Sequence record: NC_070998.1
Strand: one strand, 5' to 3'
DNA length: 64,000 bases
This document shows, one piece after another, positions 56,350 through 64,000 of the stretch; the stretch's first letter is position 1, and each line of letters begins with the position of its first letter. The position numbers and the translations under genes are program-made. Below the pieces are notes generated by a model. The model was not told the origin of the DNA. It saw only the letters and a program-made list of their open reading frames with translations, and searched no databases.

Positions 56350-58608
56350 ATGTCAAAAGGTTCCGTAATGAAAACGAATCTTGATCCTGCCAAATGTCCT
56401 TTCTGCGGTTCGCCCGAAGTGGAGTACCCAACACCCCGGACTGTTTATTCTTGCGGGACTAATGATTATGACGGCCGCCCTGAATCAGCAATGCAATCTG
56501 AAACGTGTAAAGAGCGTGTGCTAGCTAAACCTGTTCACACTACCCAGTTTGAAAAGAAATTTGGTATTAAGGAAGAAGATTGCAAAAACAAATATGAGTT
56601 GTGGTATTTCAAAACACTTCTTTCTTTACTGGAAGATGGAACAGTTAAAGACGACCGGACCAATACAGGAACACGTTCTATTCCGTTCCATACATATCAA
56701 CACGATCTTCGTGAATCTTATCCGCTGATGAAGTCTCGTTATCTGGATCCCTTTAATCCTATTAAAGAAATGATCTGGATGTTGAGTGGTTCTTCTAATG
56801 TTAAACCTCTTCAGGAAATGGGAGTTCCTTTCTGGAATAGTTTTGCTGATGAAGACGGAGAGTTGGGTCCTGTTTACGGTGTACAGTGGCGTCATTGGAA
56901 AACCCCTGATGGTGAAGAAGTAGATCAAATCCAATATGTTCTTGACCTACTGGAGAATGAACCTACGTCTCGTCGTATGGTGGTTAGTTGCTGGAATCCA
57001 TCCTTTATCCCAGTCGCTAAAACCGCACCGAAAGATAATCCGAAGCTAGGTAAGATGAGCTTGACACCTTGCTTTGTAGCAGGAACACCTGTTTTAACAC
57101 CACATGGCTATGTTGATATAGAAAGTTTAAACGCAGGAGATTTGGTTGTAACGGATAAGGGTAATATACAGCCGATAAATCATAAATGGATAACTGAATA
57201 CACTGGCGAAATTATAGGCCTTTCTATGGTCTACCAGACAGAATTAATACAGTGTACACCAAACCACCCGTTTCTAATTAAAAATAAAGGGTATATTGAA
57301 TGTAAGGATATCAAGATTGGTGATAAACTTGGGATATTAAGGCCTAAATTTTCCGATCGAGTGCATGTAAACAACTGGTCAGTGTTAAATAGTTATCACC
57401 AAACCATTTCACATAGCGAGGAACTTAATAAAAACGATTATTATTTTCTTGGGTATTTTTTAGGAAATGGATGGGTGTCACAAACACAACCTAGAGTTAG
57501 TGTGGCAATACCAAACAGTAAAGTGGAATGGTTGTTACCTAAAATAAGAAATTCGATAAAATTGATTCATAAACCAGGCATTTCCCCTAACGTAGCTACA
57601 TACGCTACAAAATCGCAAAAGTGGTGGGGGTTGTTAAAAGAATTTGGTCATGGTGCTAGTAACAAAAAGATACCTGAATGGATTTTTACTTCCCCTATCG
57701 AGTTTGTAGAGGAGTTTATTAAAGGGTATAAAGACGCCGATGGGTTCGAATCTAAAAATAGAAAAGTGATCTCTTATACAACCACTTCTAGATCTTTAGC
57801 CTATGGACTTCAAAGATTATACGCTGGTTTAGGTAGACACGCGGCGGTATACAAACAAAAAAGACCTACAACAACTATTATCGAGGGAAGGTGTGTAAAT
57901 CAAAAAGACACTTACATGGTAAACCTTAGATCAAGAACAGTACATGATGTGGAAATGGATGGAGACTACCTATGGGTCCCAGTGAACGGTATAGGGAAAA
58001 AGACAACTTCATGTTTGGTTTACAACTACGACGTAGGTCATGACCACACTTACGTGGTGCATAACTACGCCACACACAACTGCCATTTTTCATTTGTTCT
58101 CACAGCAACACCAATGAACTTTGGTGACAGACTAAACTATTTCAAACATTCTCACCCAACCATCTACAGTAATCTTTATCCAATCTCTGGTAAAGGTTGG
58201 ACCGAGCGTGCTGAAGAAGCAATGAATCATCGCAATGTTCCTAAGTTCTATCTTGATCTTAGTTTCATCATGCGGTCTAATGACTTTATTCTTGGTAACC
58301 CCGCTAACCTGAATGAATACGCTGCTCTATGTATGATGTTTGCACAACAACGCAACATGATCGCGCGCTATGTCAATTACACTGGTATTGATGTTCATAT
58401 CTACTCTAACCACATTGCTGGTGCTAGAGAACAGATTGATTATGTCAAGAAACATCCGGAGATCTTTACTGATGAACCAGCTAAAATACATATTGGTTTG
58501 AACGGGAAACCTAATACAATATTTGAATACACTGTTGATCATTTTGTAGTCCAAGATTACCATCGTGAAAATACTGGACCGGTAATTCGTTTCCCAATTG
58601 CTGTATAA
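56350..58608 (+). CDS. thyA: thymidylate synthase (ThyA) precursor containing an intein
   Basis: DRTNTGT, ELGPVYGVQWR, SRRMVV, P|CH, RSND, PAN, DVHIY motifs. Confidence 0.95.
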   Translation: MSKGSVMKTNLDPAKCPFCGSPEVEYPTPRTVYSCGTNDYDGRPESAMQSETCKERVLAKPVHTTQFEKKFGIKEEDCKNKYELWYFKTLLSLLEDGTVKDDRTNTGTRSIPFHTYQHDLRESYPLMKSRYLDPFNPIKEMIWMLSGSSNVKPLQEMGVPFWNSFADEDGELGPVYGVQWRHWKTPDGEEVDQIQYVLDLLENEPTSRRMVVSCWNPSFIPVAKTAPKDNPKLGKMSLTPCFVAGTPVLTPHGYVDIESLNAGDLVVTDKGNIQPINHKWITEYTGEIIGLSMVYQTELIQCTPNHPFLIKNKGYIECKDIKIGDKLGILRPKFSDRVHVNNWSVLNSYHQTISHSEELNKNDYYFLGYFLGNGWVSQTQPRVSVAIPNSKVEWLLPKIRNSIKLIHKPGISPNVATYATKSQKWWGLLKEFGHGASNKKIPEWIFTSPIEFVEEFIKGYKDADGFESKNRKVISYTTTSRSLAYGLQRLYAGLGRHAAVYKQKRPTTTIIEGRCVNQKDTYMVNLRSRTVHDVEMDGDYLWVPVNGIGKKTTSCLVYNYDVGHDHTYVVHNYATHNCHFSFVLTATPMNFGDRLNYFKHSHPTIYSNLYPISGKGWTERAEEAMNHRNVPKFYLDLSFIMRSNDFILGNPANLNEYAALCMMFAQQRNMIARYVNYTGIDVHIYSNHIAGAREQIDYVKKHPEIFTDEPAKIHIGLNGKPNTIFEYTVDHFVVQDYHRENTGPVIRFPIAV
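57070..58080 (+). mobile_element. 337-aa intein with LAGLIDADG homing endonuclease
   Basis: Block A CFVAGTPV, LAGLIDADG-like YFLGYFLGNG and FIKGYKDADG, C-terminal VYNYDV...THN followed by +1 Cys. Confidence 0.95.
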
Positions 58609-58630
58609 CTAAATAAAGAGGTCGATTAAA

Positions 58631-58741
58631 ATGTCAGTTGGCGCTTTGTTGTTAATTGCTGTATTGTATCTTATTGGCGTTTTGATCGATCTAGTTATTA
58701 ATAAGAAGGATAAAAGACCTAAAGGGTTCAGGGAGGGATAA
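58631..58741 (+). CDS. 36-aa single-TM peptide (not in ORF track)
   Basis: SD gaggt; MSVGALLLIAVLYLIGVLIDLVINKKDKRPKGFREG*. Confidence 0.6.
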   Translation: MSVGALLLIAVLYLIGVLIDLVINKKDKRPKGFREG

Positions 58742-58822
58742 ATGATAAAAGGAATTTCTATACTAATAATCTTTGGGATGATTATATTACCATTTATTAT
58801 ACTGATGGAGAATTTATATTGA
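58742..58822 (+). CDS. 26-aa hydrophobic peptide (not in ORF track)
   Basis: Abuts previous stop, overlaps next start; MIKGISILIIFGMIILPFIILMENLY*. Confidence 0.5.
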   Translation: MIKGISILIIFGMIILPFIILMENLY

Positions 58823-59067
58823 CATTTATTATAGAGTTTAGCTTAGGGTTTCTTCAGTTCATCAAAGAGTACTGGGTAACTGTTTTACTGGTATCTTGTA
58901 TTTTTATTATCTTCGATATTATCGATCTAAAGAAACGCGAACATAAATCTGTTAGACAACATCGTGCTATGTTATTTTGGTTATTTATCCAATATAACGT
59001 TATTACGGTAGTCTTCGGATATATTCTATTACTTGTCGGTAAGACATTTCACTTTATAGTAAGTTAG
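58819..59067 (+). CDS. two-TM membrane protein
   Basis: Two hydrophobic segments. Confidence 0.6.
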   Translation: MTFIIEFSLGFLQFIKEYWVTVLLVSCIFIIFDIIDLKKREHKSVRQHRAMLFWLFIQYNVITVVFGYILLLVGKTFHFIVS

Positions 59068-59076
59068 GAGAATTAA

Positions 59077-59349
59077 ATGGATTTTCTCGCGTTTATTACC
59101 AGTCAAGACTTTTTGTTCTGGGCGCTTATGTTTGTAACTATTGCAGTGGCGTACTTGTTCTCACTACTACGAGTTATTCTAGTTGATGTCAAAGACACTA
59201 AACTTGCATATGGTCCTTATTGCAAGAATCTGAAGTTGTTGTATAAACCCTATAAGCAATGTTTTAAAGAAGCTTTCACCCAAGAGTGGAAGACTATGTT
59301 TTTGTTTGTAGTAATTTACATTAGCTACTTCTATTACCAATTCGGTTAA
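59077..59349 (+). CDS. two-TM membrane protein
   Basis: SD aggag; two hydrophobic segments. Confidence 0.65.
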   Translation: MDFLAFITSQDFLFWALMFVTIAVAYLFSLLRVILVDVKDTKLAYGPYCKNLKLLYKPYKQCFKEAFTQEWKTMFLFVVIYISYFYYQFG

Positions 59350-59354
59350 TTTCA

Positions 59355-59380
59355 TTTGGAGGTGGGAAACTACCTCCAAA
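59355..59380. terminator. hairpin terminator
   Basis: tttggaggt-gggaaact-acctccaaa. Confidence 0.65.
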
Positions 59381-59410
59381 CTCTTTATGTTTTAATATGG
59401 GATTTTAATA

Positions 59411-60061
59411 ATGAGTAAATTGGTTCTAGCATTTGATATAGATGACACCTTGGCGGTCACTGGCGGCTACATTAATAAAAAGATTAAAGAGTTCTTCAAA
59501 CAAAATGGCATGAAAGAAGAACTTGAATATGTACTTGCTAATGAAGAAAATGTTTCTACTATGTTGTACCCAGCTTGGATTAAGAAACACGTAGATAAAG
59601 AGATTATCGGTCCTGGTTTTTACATGCTCGAAGCTGCTAAGACAGCTCTGTGTTCTGCTTTTTCTATTGGAACATTAGAAGCATTGCTGGAACATCACGG
59701 GGATGATATCATCGTTTCGGTTTGCTCACATCGTGGTTTCCATCCTTATGGTGAAATCTACACACGTCAGTGGTTGGACGAAAATAAACTTCTTCATCTG
59801 TTTGAAGATATTCATATGCTGGATTCGTCTGTTCAACCAGATAAAGTTTCTTTCCTTAAGGAAACTTATCCTGATCATGAAATCTTGTTGATTGACGATA
59901 ACCCAATGTCCAAGCATCTGGGTGAAGTAATTCCTCATCATGAAGAAATTATCATTTATGATGAAGAACATAAACTTGACGCTTATGTAAATCAAACCAG
60001 GTATCAATCACCTAAACAACTTTCACGTTTGATTATGGATCGACTGGAACGTCTTCTATAA
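59411..60061 (+). CDS. HAD-family phosphatase (5'(3')-deoxyribonucleotidase-like)
   Basis: LAFDIDDTL (DxDxT) and LLIDDNP motifs. Confidence 0.8.
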   Translation: MSKLVLAFDIDDTLAVTGGYINKKIKEFFKQNGMKEELEYVLANEENVSTMLYPAWIKKHVDKEIIGPGFYMLEAAKTALCSAFSIGTLEALLEHHGDDIIVSVCSHRGFHPYGEIYTRQWLDENKLLHLFEDIHMLDSSVQPDKVSFLKETYPDHEILLIDDNPMSKHLGEVIPHHEEIIIYDEEHKLDAYVNQTRYQSPKQLSRLIMDRLERLL

Positions 60062-60072
60062 GGATAATAAAG

Positions 60073-60558
60073 ATGGAACTCAAATTCCTTTCCGTTAATA
60101 TTAATACCATTAAGAATGTACTTAATGAAAAACAGATCGCTAAAGTTATTGAATTGCAAAACAACTTGATCAAATGGGAAATTGAAAACAAGAAGTTTTT
60201 ATGTGATCAAGAAACTTTATCCCCACTATCCACAGATATTAACGGTTTACTCAGACGCGATTGTCAAGTACTTTATGTCGCTATTAATCCTGTTAATAAT
60301 CTACCAGTAGCAATTACTGTGGCTGAACCACATCCTGATAATAGAGAAATTTGTGGACTGATGTCGGTCTGTGTTGAACCTATGTACAAACGGGAAGGAA
60401 TTGGTTCTCAATTGATGAACGAAATTAAAGAAGATCTTTCTAGTAATGGATTTAAAGAGATCGTCTTGTTTTTAGATTTTAGAAGTCCAGAAGCTTTGGG
60501 GTTCTATACAAGTTTAGGTTTTCAGTTAACTTTTGCAAACGCTTCGTTAGGGATTTAA
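60073..60558 (+). CDS. GNAT-family N-acetyltransferase
   Basis: VCVEPMYKREGIGSQL acetyl-CoA motif; ALGFYTSLGF. Confidence 0.85.
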   Translation: MELKFLSVNINTIKNVLNEKQIAKVIELQNNLIKWEIENKKFLCDQETLSPLSTDINGLLRRDCQVLYVAINPVNNLPVAITVAEPHPDNREICGLMSVCVEPMYKREGIGSQLMNEIKEDLSSNGFKEIVLFLDFRSPEALGFYTSLGFQLTFANASLGI

Positions 60559-60559
60559 A

Positions 60560-61093
60560 ATGACTTGTCAAGTATCAATGATTTTTGCTAGCGATAAAAA
60601 TTCAGGAATAGGCCTCAATAATAAACTACCATGGGATTCAATCCCAGAAGACATGGAATGGTTTAAACAATGCACAATGGGTAAGACTGTTGTAATGGGT
60701 AGAAAGACTTGGGAATCTCTTCCAGAGCGTTTTAGGCCACTTCCTGGGCGCACTAACGTTGTCTTAACTTCTAATACTGATAACTTTATTGATGCAATTG
60801 TTTCACCATCGATAGGAGCAGTGTTGGAACGATTTAAAGATGAGAAAGAAATTGTTGTAATCGGCGGTGGTGAAGTCTACAAGTCTTTTGCTCCATATGT
60901 CACAAGAGTCTATCAAACCAACATTCTTGACAAACACCGCGTTGATGTTAGAATGGAAGTTGAATGTGACGATTGGGACCTTATTTATTTTGACGCCAGG
61001 AAAGGCCAAGATGGTCCCATATTCCAAATATTCGAAAAAATAGATGGAAATGAAGAATTAATAATTAGTGTTGAAAATATCTTACCTCTATAA
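60560..61093 (+). CDS. folA: dihydrofolate reductase
   Basis: GIGLNNKLPW, VVMGRKTWESLP, RPLPGRTNVVLT, VIGGGEVY. Confidence 0.95.
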   Translation: MTCQVSMIFASDKNSGIGLNNKLPWDSIPEDMEWFKQCTMGKTVVMGRKTWESLPERFRPLPGRTNVVLTSNTDNFIDAIVSPSIGAVLERFKDEKEIVVIGGGEVYKSFAPYVTRVYQTNILDKHRVDVRMEVECDDWDLIYFDARKGQDGPIFQIFEKIDGNEELIISVENILPL

Positions 61094-61113
61094 TTTTTCA
61101 AACATATATTATT
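61087..61113 (+). promoter_or_regulatory. early promoter motif
   Basis: tctataatttttcaaaca-TATATTAT (core 61105-61112). Confidence 0.6.
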
Positions 61114-61151
61114 AAGATGGATAAGTAGAAAAGGTATTTAGGAGAACCCCG

Positions 61152-61883
61152 ATGAGTGAAGAACAAAAAGTAGAAGAAGTTGTTGAAAGACCCACCTGGG
61201 ACACATATTCACTATGTGGTGAGATAGAATACTCCGCGATCGATAACTTCGCTAGTTTATTGCGTTCTAAGGATCCCGGCACGCCAATGATTTTGCTAGT
61301 TAGATCTGGTGGTGGCTCTAGTAACCCAGCAAACACTATCACAGATATGATCAACGCCCAACATTGCAAAAAAGTGATTATTGGTTTGTCTATGGTTTGT
61401 TCCGCAGCGTGGGTTCTGTTTACCCCTTTGCAAGCATTAAGACTTTGTTACAGGACATCATTGTTCATGCAGCATCAATCAACGTACAGTATTAAAGGTG
61501 TTTCGCGGGACGAAGCTAATATGATAATGGGTGTTCAAAACCACCTCACCTACACTATGGACGATATGTTTAAGGAAGGGTTTGGGATAGACGATAAAAC
61601 TCTACAAAAACTTATTGCTAAAGAAAGTTGGATTTCTTCCTCCGAAGCTTTGTTCTTTGGTGACCGCGGTATAGTTGACGGCATTATTGCTAAGGAGTTA
61701 AGAACTGAAGATTACATCGTTCTTACCAGGGACGGTTATAAGCGTATCGATGTTAATGAAGTTTATAACTCTTATCTCCTTAGACGTCATCCCCTTCTGA
61801 CGGAAGAAGAGTGTGAAGAGTTTGGACTCAAACAACATGTTCCAGTTCCTGTTGGATTGAAGTTCCCTAAAGCTTTTGCTTAA
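61152..61883 (+). CDS. ClpP-like protease subunit
   Basis: RSGGGS (cf. NSPGG), VCSAA (Ser), MQHQS (His), ESWISSSEA region. Confidence 0.75.
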   Translation: MSEEQKVEEVVERPTWDTYSLCGEIEYSAIDNFASLLRSKDPGTPMILLVRSGGGSSNPANTITDMINAQHCKKVIIGLSMVCSAAWVLFTPLQALRLCYRTSLFMQHQSTYSIKGVSRDEANMIMGVQNHLTYTMDDMFKEGFGIDDKTLQKLIAKESWISSSEALFFGDRGIVDGIIAKELRTEDYIVLTRDGYKRIDVNEVYNSYLLRRHPLLTEEECEEFGLKQHVPVPVGLKFPKAFA

Positions 61884-61935
61884 TGTTTAACACAAGTCTA
61901 GTAATGTAAACCTATAATTAAATAAGGATCTGATC

Positions 61936-63489
61936 ATGTCTATTTTGACCGAACAAACCTTTACCAATAAAGAAGAAACCCGCGCCATTATTGATGAAGT
62001 TATCCAAATGGCGTATGAAAGCGTTTGTTCCACCATGGGTCCAAACGGAAGTTATGCGGTTATTAATCAGCTCAATAAACCGAAACTCACTAAAGATGGC
62101 GTGTCGGTAGCTAAGGCACTGGACTTCAACGAAGCACGCCGAAACCTCATCGCTGATGTGATCAAAGAACCTTCTATCAAAACTGATCTGGAGGTCGGTG
62201 ACGGCACTACTACTACTGTATTCCTGACTTACAATCTTTACAAAATGTTTAAAAACAAAATGGGTTTCACCCAAACTCGTTTTGTTGACAAACTGGTTAA
62301 AGAAGCGATAGAAGAGATCAACAAGCTGATTATCCCAGGTGATATTCATTCTGACACATTCCGCAAGATGTTGATGACAACATCTAACTACGAATCAGAA
62401 ATCGTAGATAAGGTACTGGAGATTTATCAAACCCACGATAATCCCAATATCCGCTTGGAAAACTGTCCGACGCTTCCTGCTGATCAGATTGTGGAAACCA
62501 AGGAAATTCTGTTCCCGGGGAATTATGGTAAAGATATCTTTACTCCTCCACATCCTGGTATTTTGAATGTTCCTCTGGAAGCTAAGTGCCCAGTAGTGAT
62601 CATTGATGGTGTTGTTAATATGATTGTTGTTAACAAGCTTATCGGAGCGTTCACTGGTTATAATAACGTAGTAATGTTTGCACGTAGTTTTGAACCTATC
62701 GCGTTGAGTGCTTTGCAATCTATTAATGGTCAAGGTGCCACTAAGTTCATCCCGTTCAAAGTAGAAGCTGCTGGTTCTCTTGGTAGTAATATTCTATCTG
62801 AACTGGGTAAGCTAGTAGGTGTTACTCCTGTTGTGGGTGTAGAAGAGATCTATGAACGTGAAACGGTAGAATTGGCCAGATGTTCATTTATCCTCACTAC
62901 GCAAGGTGTTATGTTCACTAAGGAAGATCCGGTTATTAGCAAAGTAGCCGAAGAGATCCTTTCTGAACTTGTACCTCGTTATGAGAAAATGAATGCCATT
63001 GACAAGCAAACACCAATCGGATTGTCTTTGTTTACTCGTATCTCTCGTCTTCGTGCTAATAATGTAACTATTAAAGTTACTGGTACAGTTCCGTCGGAAG
63101 CTACTGAACGTTACTACCGTTATGAAGATGCAATGAAAGCAGCCAAGACCGGCTCCATTTATGGTATCCTTCCTGGTATTGGTTGGGGTTATCTAACTGT
63201 TGCGCAAACACTACTTTCCAAATATGGAGCGCTTGAACTAACCCAAGAGCAACAAGATTTGGTGTTGGATTTCACTTCAGTGTTAACCCAACCGTATCTT
63301 CATCTCACTGGGAACACTTTGGAGAACATCAAGTTCCTTGATTTGGTAACAGGTTTGGAAGAAGAAGTCCCAACTGGTGTGTTTGATAACGCGGCGGCAA
63401 CAATGACAGCTTTGACTGGTGGCTGGGCTTGCTGTAAGACTCTTGCTAAGATTAACAATATCATGGGTCGTTCTAGCAAATCCTATTAA
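61936..63489 (+). CDS. groEL: GroEL-like chaperonin
   Basis: MGPNG, TKDGVSVA, GDGTTT motifs; no GGM tail. Confidence 0.92.
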   Translation: MSILTEQTFTNKEETRAIIDEVIQMAYESVCSTMGPNGSYAVINQLNKPKLTKDGVSVAKALDFNEARRNLIADVIKEPSIKTDLEVGDGTTTTVFLTYNLYKMFKNKMGFTQTRFVDKLVKEAIEEINKLIIPGDIHSDTFRKMLMTTSNYESEIVDKVLEIYQTHDNPNIRLENCPTLPADQIVETKEILFPGNYGKDIFTPPHPGILNVPLEAKCPVVIIDGVVNMIVVNKLIGAFTGYNNVVMFARSFEPIALSALQSINGQGATKFIPFKVEAAGSLGSNILSELGKLVGVTPVVGVEEIYERETVELARCSFILTTQGVMFTKEDPVISKVAEEILSELVPRYEKMNAIDKQTPIGLSLFTRISRLRANNVTIKVTGTVPSEATERYYRYEDAMKAAKTGSIYGILPGIGWGYLTVAQTLLSKYGALELTQEQQDLVLDFTSVLTQPYLHLTGNTLENIKFLDLVTGLEEEVPTGVFDNAAATMTALTGGWACCKTLAKINNIMGRSSKSY

Positions 63490-63505
63490 TATATTTGCGG
63501 GGTTT

Positions 63506-63531
63506 GGTGGGGGAGTTGAATCTCCCCCATC
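63506..63531 (+). terminator. hairpin terminator with T-tract
   Basis: ggtgggggag-ttgaat-ctcccccatc followed by ttttttt. Confidence 0.75.
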
Positions 63532-63562
63532 TTTTTTAACATATTTATTTTTGGTAAAACAT

Positions 63563-63814
63563 ATGAATATAGCGGCTCAACGCAGGGCAAACCTGCTAAG
63601 TAACACTAATCTGGTATTAATGTTTAGTTTGGTTTTTATAGCAGGTATAATGACCTTAGTTCACAGCAACCAATTCGGTTTATTTTTGTTTGTTTTTACT
63701 TTAATTAGAGTTGGCCAAATGTTATTTATGGACGTCAAATGGGTAGTAAGTCCAATAACAATGATGATCATTGTCTGTGTATCAATAGGAAACGTAATAG
63801 GGTATCTCATTTAA
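63563..63814 (+). CDS. multi-TM membrane protein
   Basis: ORF 63419..63814; ATG at 63563 preferred (upstream part overlaps groEL). Confidence 0.6.
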   Translation: MNIAAQRRANLLSNTNLVLMFSLVFIAGIMTLVHSNQFGLFLFVFTLIRVGQMLFMDVKWVVSPITMMIIVCVSIGNVIGYLI

Positions 63815-63826
63815 AGGGATAGGTAA

Positions 63827-64000
63827 ATGAACTGTAGTGTAGAATTGAAAACTATCAAAAATGATTTTGTTAAGTGGTTGGAAAACAATACTTTAACTTT
63901 TATCTTCACAATTATTACTGCTGTACTGGTTTGTGTTTTAACCTACAGTTACGTTCCTTATCATATAGGAGTTTTCTACGGACCTTTCTCCATAATAGCT
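63827..64000 (+). CDS. membrane protein, 3'-truncated by the window
   Basis: SD gggataggt; open to the end of the window. Confidence 0.55.
   Translation, partial: MNCSVELKTIKNDFVKWLENNTLTFIFTIITAVLVCVLTYSYVPYHIGVFYGPFSIIA

Noticed and set aside
57070-58080. Group I intron in thyA as in T4 td
   Set aside because: The insert is in frame, stop-free and bounded by Cys1 and His-Asn/Cys+1 intein signatures.
56350-58608. dCMP hydroxymethylase for DNA hypermodification
   Set aside because: The specificity residue is Asn (GNPAN), as in dUMP-specific ThyA, and DHFR is adjacent.
1-64000. CRISPR array or mini-array among the many palindromes
   Set aside because: Hairpins occur singly at gene boundaries, never as regularly spaced direct repeats with spacers; no cas genes.
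1-64000. tRNA or rRNA genes
   Set aside because: No cloverleaf or T-loop/D-loop consensus recognised by eye in the intergenic gaps; a tRNAscan run would be decisive.

Overview
A 64-kb stretch of an AT-rich lytic jumbo myophage, most consistent with a phiKZ-like (Chimalliviridae-type) phage of a Gram-negative host. This is inferred from gene content and promoter motifs; the hallmark chimallin, PhuZ and RNAP genes are not in the window. Positions 1-16.7 kb are a late block: baseplate/tail structural genes, RuvC, a membrane gene interrupted by an HNH cassette, overlapping spanins and an HxH-tipped central spike. Positions 16.7-26 kb carry SbcC, a secreted lytic transglycosylase, NAD-dependent ligase, a P-loop kinase, a second HNH and RNase HI. 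Positions 26-43 kb are a tailspike island: three full tailspikes, one anchor-only stub and a block of early genes. Positions 43-64 kb hold a large virion protein, many small early genes (including a WYL domain), ThyA with a LAGLIDADG intein, HAD, GNAT, DHFR, ClpP-like and GroEL-like genes. The most striking unexplained structure is the tailspike island: ~165-bp inverted repeats (26068-26232 and 42825-42987) bracket it, and a conserved 189-bp box precedes every GC-richer receptor-binding domain, an architecture suited to swapping receptor-binding domains by recombination. Also notable are an HNH cassette that supplied a replacement 3' end for its target gene, an intein placed on the ThyA catalytic cysteine, and a repeated D-x3-N-x2-WP motif in two neighbouring virion proteins. 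No tRNA, CRISPR array, reverse transcriptase or site-specific recombinase was seen. Identities quoted come from manual alignment; no database searches were run.
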